A stretch of 63,097 nucleotides of DNA, counting the filler, from Folioceros fuciformis (Eukaryota): the NCBI GenBank assembly GCA_049999805.1. It is 11 parts of 11 records of this genome, joined end to end, with 100 filler letters (N's around TTAATTAATTAA, not from the genome) between each part and the next. Parts side by side here need not be neighbours in the genome. Positions count along the whole stretch, not along the records: positions 24,221 to 29,659 come from JBNGIO010004860.1; positions 29,760 to 39,851 come from JBNGIO010004862.1; 9 more parts are not named here. The stretch is one strand, 5' to 3'. Made by a program: the position numbers and the translations under genes. This document shows, piece after piece, positions 24,221 through 35,601 of the stretch (the first letter of the stretch is position 1; every line of letters begins with the position of its first letter). The notes under the pieces were generated by a model, which did not search any database, was not told the DNA's origin, and worked only from the letters and a program-made list of their open reading frames with translations.

Positions 24221-27200
24221 CCCATTCTCAAACACTTCCTCCACCTTGTAAGGACCCATCCACCTCAGCCTCAGCTTACCTGGGAAATCCATGTACCTAC
24301 TGTCATACAGTAGCACCAGATCGCCCTGCACGATGGTCTCCTTCTTCCTCAACCTACCATCGTGGCGGGTTTTCCTTTGCTCTTGTATCCTATGTGTCTC
24401 CTCCAAGGCTTCTTCTCGGTCCTCCTCGTAGGTGATGAAAGCTTCCAACCTAGCTTCTTGGCTCTCCCTCACCGGTAGCCTAGCCTCCTCCATGACACGG
24501 TGAGTGGGAATCTCAAACTCAATGGGAAGAACAGGCGACATACCATAGGTCAAGTAGTATGGAGTCCTCTTCGTGGTGATCTTCTCTGTCGTCCTGTAAG
24601 CCCAAAGTGCTGAATGCAACTTGGTATCCCAATCGTACATGTGAGTCACAGTCACCTTGGTCAAGATGGTCCCCAAAAGACCATTGGTCTTCTCCGTCAA
24701 CCCATTCGCCTTCGGATTGTAAGGAGTGGTCTTCCTATGTCGAATGTTGAAGTAGGTGGTCAAGGCGGTGATGACTTCATTGAGGAAATGTGTACCTCTG
24801 TCGCTGACCAACTCCAACGGACACCCATAGCGTGCGATGATGTTCTCAAACAGAAATTTGGCCACTGTTGGGGCATCGTCCCGTCGGGTAGCCTCTGCCT
24901 CCACCATCTTGGTGCAGTAGTCCGTCGCCACTAAGATGTATTGCTTCCTTGTCCAGCGAGTAGGTGGACGAATCGGCCCTACAAAGTCGATCCCCCACTT
25001 CTCGAACGGAGCCAACGGCAAAATGTAGGTCAACGGCCACCTGGTTGTCAATGTGGGTCTCCCTACCCTTTGACAAGCATCACACCTTCTTACAAACTCC
25101 CACACATCCCTCTGCATGGTAGCCCACCAAAACCCAGTATCCAAGATCTTCTTGATGGTAATGGGGACTGAATAGTGGCCTCCTGCCTCTTCCGCATGCA
25201 AAGCTTCGGTCACCACAACACCTTCATTCACTTCCAAACAACGCCTCACCTTACCATTTGGGCCTAGTTTGTACAAGACCCCTTGCTTCAAACAATATGG
25301 GCCTGTCTTGTGCAAGAACACTGCCCTACCCTCGCGGCTCAATCCAGCTGGCATGATTCCAAACTCCAAAAATCTCCTCACCTCAACTGGTAGCAATTGC
25401 CTAGCACAAGGCCTTCCCAACCTGTCGCTACGGCGGTTCCTCTTCCTTCGAGCCTGGCTGACCTTTTGGCTACTCTCAACCCTTGTAGAGGTTCCTCCTC
25501 CCTCACCGGTAACCTGTTCATCGAATTCTCCCTCTTCTACTATATGTACTGCAGTAATCAACTCCTCATCAGGAAACCTGTCATCCGTTTCTCTAACCTT
25601 CCCTTTGGTTTTGAGTCTAGAAACAAAGTCAGCATTAACATGGCTCTTCCCTGCTCTTGTTTCCACCTCAAAATCAAACTCCTGTAGCAAGAGAATCCAC
25701 CTAGCGATCCTCCCTGATAGGTCAGGCTTGTTCACAAGATACTTCAAAGCAAAGTGGTCCACATGAAATACTACCTTGCAAGCTAGAAGGTAGTGACGGA
25801 ACTTCTTACAAGCGTAGATGATGCCCAAAGCCTCTCTCTCCGTTGTGGAGTAATTCCTCTCCGCATCCGTGAGTTGCCTTCCGGCATAGAAGATAGGGTG
25901 ATCCCTCTTCTTGTCGTCTTGTTGGCTGAGGATGGCCCCTATAGAATACGCTGACACATCCACATACACATGAAAGTTCTTCTCCCAATTTGGTGGGCTC
26001 AATGTGGGTGCTGCCACCAAACTCCTCTTCAAATCCTGAAACGCTTCCTCCCGCTCCGGGGTCCACTCATACAGCACATCCTTCTTCGTTAGCTGGGTCA
26101 AAGCTGCCGCCTTCTTAGCGAAGTCCTTGATGAATCTCCTGTAGTAACCCACCAACCCAATGAAAGCCCTGACCTGTCTCACGCTCTGAGGTGCATCCAT
26201 CTCCGAGATGATCTTCACCTTTTCCATGTCGACTTGCAACCCCCTGGCTGAAACTCTATGGGCTAGCAAGATACCCTCCGTCATGCAAAAGAAACACTTC
26301 CCCGGATGCAACTTGAGGTTAGTCTCCCTACACCTCTGCAAGCACTTCCTTAGCTGTTCCAAGTGTAGGTACCTCCTTCCAAAGACACAAAAGTCATCCA
26401 AAAACACCTCCATGAACTTCCGAAGGAACTCCTTGAAAATGGTATTCACCACCCGCTGAAAAGTTGCCGGAGCATTGCAGAGCCCAAAAGGCAACTTGGT
26501 GTAGGCGTAGGTCCCCCAATCAGTTGTGAAAGTCGTCTTGTCGCGATCCTCCTCCCTCAGTGTGATCTGATTGTAACCTGAATACCCATCTAGAAAACTG
26601 TACATCTCATGTCCAGCAACTGTGTCCAGCACACTGTCCATGAAAGGGAGTGGATGATGGTCTTTCTTGGTCGCCTCATTGAGCTTCCTGAAGTCCTGGC
26701 AAACCCTCACCTTGCCAGCTTGCTTCTTAGGCACCACCACAATTGGAGCTACCCACTCACTAGTTAGGACAGGATAGATGACTCCAGCCTCCAAGTACTG
26801 ATCCAACTGCTCCTTCACAACCATGGAGTACTTTGGGTTCAATCGGTATTGCTTCACCCGAACCGGTGTGCTTCCCTCCTTGAGATCTATCCTATGAACA
26901 CCCAGCTCCTCTGGAACACCTGTCATGTCCGTCACCTTGAAGGCAAACACATCCAAATATTCAGTCAACAGTGCCTTCAAACCTACCTTCTCCTTGGGTG
27001 TGAGGTACTTGGACACCTTGACCTTCTTCCCTGGGGTCAACTCCATGTCCTCAACAGCATCGGGATCCACGTAAACTCCTTCAAGACTACTCCCTACACT
27101 TGTTCCTGATCCTTCTTCTGGGAAATCATAGTCATAGGCTTTCCCCTTCCAAAAGGCAGCTCCTTCCCTTTGCTCTTCATCCTCCTGTGGATCTTCATTC

Positions 27201-29659
27201 TCCACCACTTCAGTATGGAAACAAGTCACCTCTTGATCCAAATCCACCATCCTGACAGTATGCCCTACTCCCTTGTAGGCTCCTGTACTACTGGAAGTGC
27301 TACCTCCAATACTACCGGATGTGTACCCGGGGGATGGTCCTGCTGTTTCTCCCCCATAGGGAGCTTTGCTCCACGAGACAAACGAAACTTCAGCAGGTCC
27401 TGTAGGTTTAGACCTAAAGGTCACACCTTTCCTGCCAAAATCAAACACACAAGCTGTTCCGTACAACCACGGTCTCCCAAGGAGCACCTTGTACCCTAGG
27501 TCAGACACTGGCCTCATGACAATGTAGGTTAGCTTGAACATGATCCCTCCTATCACCGTGGGCACATCCTTCAACACTCCTAGAGGCTTCCTCTTGGTCT
27601 GATCTGCCATCCGAAGGTACACGCGGATAGGGTCGAACTCCGTGAACCCCAAACGGTGGGCTGTGTCCTCCGTCATGAGATTGACACCAGACCCCGTATC
27701 CAACGGTACATCCGGTACCAGACAACCTGCAATCTCCACCTCTATTTCAGGAGCTCCACAATCAGCCAACTCAACTGAACTCATCCAAGTCGGGACTGTC
27801 TTCCCTTCGAGTGGCTCCGGTATCCCTCGGATGGCTTCCTTGACGATCTTCCTGGCCTTGGGACTAACAGACAAGAGCTGTCTCAAGCTCACCACAAACT
27901 CCTGGTCAAGCAAGGCGTCAGCAAATCCAGCAACCTTCATGGCCAAAGCCTCCCTTGCTGTTGTTGTCTTAGGAGGATTGATCCCTCCATCCTCCTCGCT
28001 TCGATCAACCTTCTCTCCTTCCAGTTCCTTCTCCAAGGGACTTGCACTCTCCACCACCCCTGTCACAAGAGGGTCTGCAAACGTGACCTTCTTAGACCGG
28101 TGCATCAGCCTAGTCAGCTCTTCCTCCAGCATTGCAGCAACCTCCTTGCTGATGTTGGGTGGGAATGCTGATTCTTCAACCTCTCCTTCATCTAGTTCAC
28201 CTTCCTCTCGATGGGGTGGACCAACCTCTTGTCCAGTCGACACATCATTCTTCCCTTGCTGGACGAGTGGTTCCTCCCTTGACTCCGATGGTTTAGGAGT
28301 GTTGTCACGTTCTCTCCTCCTTCTCTTCTCTTCCTTCTTCGTCCTCTCTCGATAACGACGTTCAGAACGAGTGGTGACCCTTGCCACCATGACTTCTTCA
28401 CCATCGCTAGCTTCGCCTGAATATCCCTCCTCCACAATGCCAGAAAATGCTTGAGAGTCAATCAAAGGCTCCTCCTCAGCCTCCACCGACAACACAGGTG
28501 CGCTTGTCACCGGAGTTGTTGTCTCCACCGCAGGAGGAAGTCCCTCTTGCGGTGCCTCTGTGATCCTCACTCCGGATCTAGGCAGCGCAGGCCTAGGGAT
28601 GCCTGAACACCTTGGATCCCCAGCCCTGTGCCCTGGATCCTTACACACCTGACAAAACGGCACAAATCCAAGTTGCCTACGTGGCTCTGTGCACTCGTTA
28701 GCATAGTGTCCCGGCAAGCCACAATTGAAACAACAACCTGCTGCCACCACTTGTGGACGCTGGGACGGATCTGGCCTCCAATGGCCTGGAGATACTGGAC
28801 GAGGACCATACCTCATTCCAGGAGGTCCTGGTGGTTGGAAAGATGGCCGAATGGACTGTGGTGGTCGAGGAGCAGTCACAGCCTGTACCTGATAGGAGTC
28901 ATCCACGTACCAATAGTCTCCTGGCAGGTAGGTGTCCACTTGGTTGACGGCGTGGCGGGGAGCCCTAGTGCACTCTTGGTGGGTGTGTCCTGATTGGTGA
29001 CAAATAGAACAGTACACCAGCTGCCGGCCCGGTGAAGGTGACCTCCTTGGTGCTTGGTTGCGTACAGCCTTCACCTCCAACTCGGCCAGCCTCCTCGTCA
29101 ATGCCTCAACCTGGCTGGTCAATCCTCCACCACTTGAGGACGGTTCGCCTCTCTCCATCCTATAGGATCCTTTGCCTCTCTTGTCCTTCTCAGCTCGACG
29201 ATCCTCATCCTCCTCGCGCCTCTTGCGTGCTTTCTCCAGGTCCTTCCTCATCCTCTTCTCATAAGCCTTATCGGACTCCTCATCGGTGTAAGGATCCGAC
29301 ACAAGGCTATCATAATCTGGATCTGAGTGAGACGGTGACCTCGACCTTGAAGAGGAAGATGGGCTGTGATGTCTTGACCTCCTATGATGCCCATACTTCC
29401 GGTTCTGCTTCCTCTTCTCTCTGCTCAACTCCGAAAGCTCAAAATCTTCAGCAGCCTTCAAAGCCTCCTGTAAAGTGGTCACACCTCTTGTGCAGTAGGT
29501 CGCCATCCGATCGGGTAGTCCTCCAGCAAACCAATCCAAAGCTTGAGCATCCGTGTACCCTGGAGTACTCGGACCTCCCGGAACAACTGGCCTACCACGT
29601 GGGATCCTGTCCACATAGCTGTAGAACCTCTCAATGTAGTCATAGAGATCCTCCTTCCT
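24221..29659 (-). CDS. Ty3/Gypsy (non-chromovirus, Athila-like) gag-pol polyprotein, open across the whole contig
   Basis: About 1800 codons without a stop. Contains CCHC knuckles, protease LDTGS, RT FLDGYSGYNQI/FLDD, RNase H YSTTEREAL and integrase WGIDFVGP...WMGPY, in RT-RH-INT order. Confidence 0.97.
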
Positions 29660-29759
29660 NNNNNNNNNNNNNNNNNNNNNNNNNNNNNNNNNNNNNNNNN
29701 NNNTTAATTAATTAANNNNNNNNNNNNNNNNNNNNNNNNNNNNNNNNNNNNNNNNNNNN

Positions 29760-30464
29760 GGGCAAACCCCTTCACCCTGGTCATTACACCTTGTGATCCT
29801 TGAAGGATCGGAAAGGGAGCCACATGATGAAGGAGAAGAGGAGAGGAGAGGAGAGGAAGAGAGGAGAAGAGGAGAAAGAGAGGTCTCACAATGTCTTTCA
29901 CAGCTCTCTCCCATCTCTCTCATCTCTCTTGAAAAGGGAGCTCAAGAGGGTATTTATACCCTCTAGAAAGGCTCCTAAGGAAGCTTCACAAGAAGATCAC
30001 AGGAAGCTTCACAAGAAGATTACAAGAAGCTTCACAGGAAGCTATGCAGGAAGCTTCCTAAAAATTAGCTTAAGCTAATCTAAACAAATGATACCTAATT
30101 AGACACTAAACTTAGACTAATTACATTAGCCTTATTAAACTAATCAGATTAGCCTAATTAAACTAATCACATTAGTTTAATTAGACTAATCACATTAGTC
30201 TAAGCACATTGGGCTTTAATAACCCTATGGCCCGGTACCAGACCTAGACTTTCCCAGGTCTGGGACCAAACCTATACCCACTCTTATAACCAAACCAACT
30301 ATTTCCTGGTCAATTAACCTAATTAGCATAAAGAAAAATAGGAAAAATGACCAGAAAATCAAGGAAAATTAGGAAAAATAAGTAGAAAAAGAAAACCAAA
30401 CCATACCACTATTAACCCTTTTTCAACCAAAACAAACTACTACCCCAAACTTTGGAGGTTCACA
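29760..30464 (-). mobile_element. LTR with a Gypsy-type first ~240 bp and a Copia-type remainder; candidate 5' LTR of the Gypsy ORF
   Basis: 30221-30464 matches 9818-10061. About 29800-30227 matches 19816-20090 and 58990-59258. Confidence 0.8.
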
Positions 30465-30734
30465 ACAGTTTATTATGATTAGGTTACCTTAACCCAGGCT
30501 TGTCTAGCCAAAAGACACATAGACAGTATTTAAATGTTTTTGACACTGAGATTGGTAACTAATTATTTCTTATGGAAGTTGTTTGTATGCTCTCGCTTAT
30601 GCTTGTTTTACTCACCGAAACATACTGAAGATGACCACCTTTTGAAGTTCCAGACAGCCGTCACAAAAGTGGTAAGACATTTATGTCTTTTGTTGTTTTC
30701 CTTTTCGCTAATGCATTGTCACTTCTAGTTTATT

Positions 30735-30935
30735 GAACTGGAGTGCGCCAGTCTATCGGCACACTCCAGCCTGCTCGGGCCCCATGCGCTGATAGACCGG
30801 CACACGGGAGCCGGGTCAAACCTCAAGGCACCGGTAGACTGGCACCCTGCTGCCGGCTTGGGCTCTAGTGCACTGGTTGACCGACGCACTGTTGCCAGCT
30901 CGGGCTCCAATGAGCCAGTAGACCGGCGCACTTCT
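30735..30935. repeat. Degenerate 42-bp tandem repeat
   Basis: The minus frame gives 14-aa units: RRSTGSLEPELAT/VRRSTSALEPKPAA/GCQSTGALRFDPAP. Confidence 0.7.
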
Positions 30936-32177
30936 CTCGGGGCGTGGCAACTAGGGGGTCCAAGGACCTATTTATGGTGAGCCAAGCAGAGATCGGACAA
31001 CGAGGAACATGGCATGAAAAGGTCATCTTGTCTACTGACAAAGCACTCTCAAATCCAGTTCTCAAGTCCAAGGTGTTGCAATGCCATGGTATCAATTTGT
31101 CTATCGACAACGTCACCGAGAGATGCACATTCGACTTCCGGAGAAAGGGTTTAGGGTTCACTCTTATTTGAGCTTGGACCTTGTACTTCCAAGCCTAGAG
31201 GAAGTATCCAACCACAGTCTTATGGGTCCTCGAGGCATTTAGGTAGCCATTCACTCAAAGGATTGGAATTGGATCAAAGTTGGGCATGATGTAATTAGGT
31301 CCTTCTTCATGCACACACCACTTCTTGTCTAGCAGTCCTTGCTCCAGCAATGCAGGATAAATTTTATGTAGTGCTTTCTTGTCCTTTACTGTTAATAGGT
31401 TTTCCAAGTCCATGCCTAGCACAACGCCGAGATCCTCCATGATGATGGCTACCGAGTCCGTCTCCAAGGCCACCCCACCCTTATTTTCTCATCCCCTACG
31501 ATCATTCTCGCCTTGCTTGCAAAAAGACACTTGAAGTTTGCTTCTCTTGTCGAAGAAGACGCCTTGTGCCTAGCTTCGATGTCCTTTGAGGCTCCCTTTG
31601 GTTTGGATTTCCCCACCCCTCTATCCTATCTTTTTGGGGGCTCATGTGCATTCTTCCTTTTCCCAAAGCTCTTTGCCTCTCCTTTGGGGTACACTCTCTT
31701 CCTCTTTTTAGCCAAAGCCACCATATGTGCTTTGACAACATTGGCATGCTTAGCCCAAACTTGACGTGTAGGTTGTGACAATTTTGCATAGGGCAATTGC
31801 AACATGGGATTATACCCTTAGTCTAGCATGCATGCCCCAAAGCCAAGCAAAAACGTTTGAATCAAGTGTTTATATGAATGTCCCCAAACATACTATTTCG
31901 AGATCTTAACAACGGTCATTGGAAAAGCCTCAAAGAACCACGTTTGCCTCGTTGGATGTGGGTACTTAGTGTGTGATATGGTGAGCCCTGCAAGGACACG
32001 AGTACGGGTTGCAGGCTTGATCTGGAGTGAAACCAAGGCTCCAAACGCGTAAGGGCATTGGCATCACAATCAGGCATCAAGCAGGATGATATAGACAGAC
32101 GTCTCATTGAAGATTAGGAACACAATATGAAGTGAAGGGGGAACACTTGCTGAATTAGGAGAAAAAAAAACCAGTAG

Positions 32178-35100
32178 TGTTCCCAAGAGGAGAGCGCGCC
32201 CAAGTTGCCTCATGGCTCCCTGCTATAACCAACGTGGATCCCTACCTAGTCTGTGCACGCCCAAGCTGCCTCTTGGCTCCTTGCTATGACCAACATAGAT
32301 ACCTACCCAGTCTATTCGCACTCAAGCTACATACAGGCACCGGCTCAGTTATAACTGTTATGGGTGCGGTTCAATATTTGAATAACTTAAGTAACTACTT
32401 TGCTAATCTCTTGTAACTAACCTCTTGTTTAACGAAAGTGCCCTTAGGGTTCTAGGCATCTATTGGCGCTAAAACCCTTATCTAACCCCAACACTCCCCC
32501 TCGCTGCCAATCCTGAAGCTGCTTTGTGCTGGTTGTTGACCGTCTATGGCCTTGGTTTTGCATGCCTTGCTGCAAGTGGTGTTGAGTCTTCTCTCCAGCG
32601 TCTGGTGGTTTCTTCAGCTCCTTAGCCATTTAGTCGTGTGTGTAATGGAGAAGATTGCAAGTTTCGAACAAACGGGATTGCTCAAACACAAGACTGAAGG
32701 ACGGGGGGATGTTTGCATGCTGCCGGTGGCAAGCAAGACTCAAAGATGAGTCGCAACTCAGTCTGTATGGAGGAGTTTGTGAGAGCGTCTTCCCAACCTT
32801 TGCCGCTTGAAGAAAAGTTGAAGTGGTGAAACCACATAGGGAGCCGTTGCTGCTGTAGTCTCGAAGCTCCCTCAAGTTGAGCAGGGAGTGTCGGCTCTGA
32901 TGTTGCCCAGATAATCCTCCTTACTGATTAGCCCTATACTTTTCACATGCTTCTCATGCAGCGCCTTGCTAAGTCCTTTTGTGAGAAGATCGGCTATTTG
33001 TCTAAGGTATTCACATTGCAAAGCAAGACTTGTTTGATGGATACTATTTGTCTTATGAAATGGTGCTGTATCTCGAAGTGTTTAGTCCTAGTGTGCAGGA
33101 TAGGGTTGTGAGTCATTGCTATTGCTGATTGGTTGTCGCATGATAGTTCCGTGGGTTCGTGTTGTTCCTCGTTGATGTCTTGTAGGAACTGTCAAATCCA
33201 GAGGATTTCCTTCGCTGCGAGTGAGGTGGTTGCGTACTCTGCTTCCGTGCTTGACAGACATACGGTCTCCATTTTCTTGCAACCTCGTGAGACTGTCGAA
33301 TCGTTCACCATCATGCAGTATGCGGCGGTTGACTTCTTGGCATCTGGGTCACCTACCCAGTCTGGATCGGAGTAAGATGTAAGTGTAAGCGTGGTGGAAG
33401 TACCTCTGTAGAGCAGTCCTAGGGATTTGGTTTCCTTCAAGTAGCGGAAAACTCGCTTCACGTAGGTCCAGAGTGCTCTTCCGGGGTTTGATAAATATCT
33501 CGATGCTATGTTTACTGCCTGAGATATGTTTGGCCTTGACCATATGGATAGGTACATTAAGCTTCCTACTGCCTCACTGTATGGGACTTGTTGCATCTCT
33601 TTAGCCTCCTTCGGTGTGCTGGGACAGTCCTTTGCTGATACTTTCTCCCCTGTGGCTATAGGGGTGGACACTGGCTTTACATCTTAGAGCTTAAACCTTT
33701 CAAGAAGCTGATCTATGTAATGTTGTTGGTGTATGAAGAAGGAGCTATCCTTGGGGTTGTTTTCAAATTGGACACCTAGAGCATAACGCAGGGGACCTAA
33801 GTCTACGACGTCATATTCCTTTGAAAGTAAGTCTTTTGCGTACTGTACAGATGACAGGCTATCTCCGAAGATGAAGTTATCATCTACGTACAAGGTGATG
33901 ATGACTAGTCTGTTTGTTTCTTTTAATACATACCCGCTAGGATCTGAGGTAAATGTGTGAAGCTACATTTCTTTAAGTACACGTCAATAGCCTGGTTCCA
34001 TACCTAGGCGGATTGCTTGAGTCTGAGGGACCTGAGCAGTTTACATACCTTGCGTGGGTCTCTCACAAACCCTGGTGGTTGCATCATGTATATTTCTTCA
34101 CTCAGTGTGCTGTATAGTAAAGCGATTTTGATGTCGACTTGATACACCTGCAGGTGATGATGCGCTGCGAAAGCTAAGAGGATCCTGATGGAAGTTGATT
34201 TGACTACAAGGCTGAAGAGTTTGTTTTCCTTCTAGTCGAATCCAGGGATCTGTGTGAAACCCCGTGCCACCAGTCTCGCTTTATGCCTTGCCACTATGTT
34301 GTCTGGGTTGAGTTTTCTTCGAAAAGTCCATTTACAGGAAATGGGTTTCCTCCCCTCCGAGAAGTCTACTAGTCTCCCTGTTTTGTTGCTGATGAGGGAA
34401 TCGTATTCGGACTGAACAGCAGCTGTCCACTCAGGGGAAGAGAGGGCCTCATCAATGGAGAGAGGTACACCTTGCATTTCTATGGCTAATAAGGCCTGAT
34501 GGATGGCTTTGTCTAGTGGATCGGTGTGAGGATGAGAGGTGGCTCTTACCTCTGATGGTATCCTATTGAAGAGTGTGTCTCCAAGGGCGTATGGTGGCTC
34601 CTTCCATTCATTTCTTGGGGGTCTGTTCCTAGAGGATCTTCCAACGGTTTCTGGTGGAGCAAGGTGGGTTCAGGGTTTACCTGAGCTTGTATGACTGGCT
34701 GGTTCAATTTGGTGTCATCCGAGAAAGGAATGGAGGGAGGTGAGTCTGTTTGCTATGGTATTTGTGTAGTCTTTTAGATGAACTGCTGTGTGTGGGATGA
34801 ACTGGCTGTTGGATTACCTCTTGAGATTGGTTCTCACTATCGTAGTCTGTGGCCCCTTCAAGCTCAAGAGGGGGTGTAGTTGCAGAGTGACCAAAAATAC
34901 TAGATGCTGGGAGAGGAGCAGAAGTGAGAGAAGACCGGAGGAGGACATTGAGTAAGTGGGATTCATTGAACTGAACACTTCGGGAATGTATTACCTCTCT
35001 GGAGCTAGGGTCAAAAAGTCAATAGGCTTTAACCTGATCGGAGTACCCTATGAAGAGCATCTTATGGCCTTTGTCGTCCCACTTGCGTTTGGTTTCTGCA

Positions 35101-35601
35101 GCAATGTGGGCAAAGGTGGGGCGCCAAAAATGCGTAAGTGGGATACTCTGGGTTTGTGGCCTGTCCATCGTTTGAAGGGTGTGATGCTGGGGAGCTCCTT
35201 TGTAGGGAGCCTGTTCTTAACATAATGAGAGGTTGACACGGCTTCAGCCCAGTAGCCTTTAGTAAGTCCAGCAAGCTTGAGCAATGATCTTGAGGTTTCG
35301 AGAAGAGAGCGGTTGAGGCGCTCAGCAAATGGGTACTGGGCAGGAGTGTAAGGTACCGTGCATTGCCTTTGAAAGCCCTTTGATTTGCAGAATTCCTGGA
35401 ATGCTTTGCTGACATACTCGCTTCCGTTGTCTGTGCGCAGGGTGGCGACTTGGAAGCCTATTTGTCTTTCTGCGTTGAGGAGGAAGTCCTGGAAGCATGA
35501 GAGGGCGGTGTCCTTATGCTTGAGAAAGTACACGTGACTATATCTGTTCCACTCGTCCATGAAGGTGATGAAGTAGCTATGGCCACCAAAAGATTCTGAC
35601 A
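32178..35601 (-). mobile_element. Degenerate Ty1/Copia with 3' LTR (32178-32493), PPT (32494-32502), RNase H, RT and integrase
   Basis: LTR TGTT...AACA and PPT GAGGGGGAG. Motifs YSDPDWVGD, LYVDD, RHKARLVARGF and YWAEAVST. Interrupted at 35601. Confidence 0.92.

Noticed and set aside
29032-29715. Long plus-strand ORFs antisense to the Gypsy polyprotein (also 27642-28355 and 25269-25766)
   Set aside because: These are shadow ORFs with no recognisable motifs.
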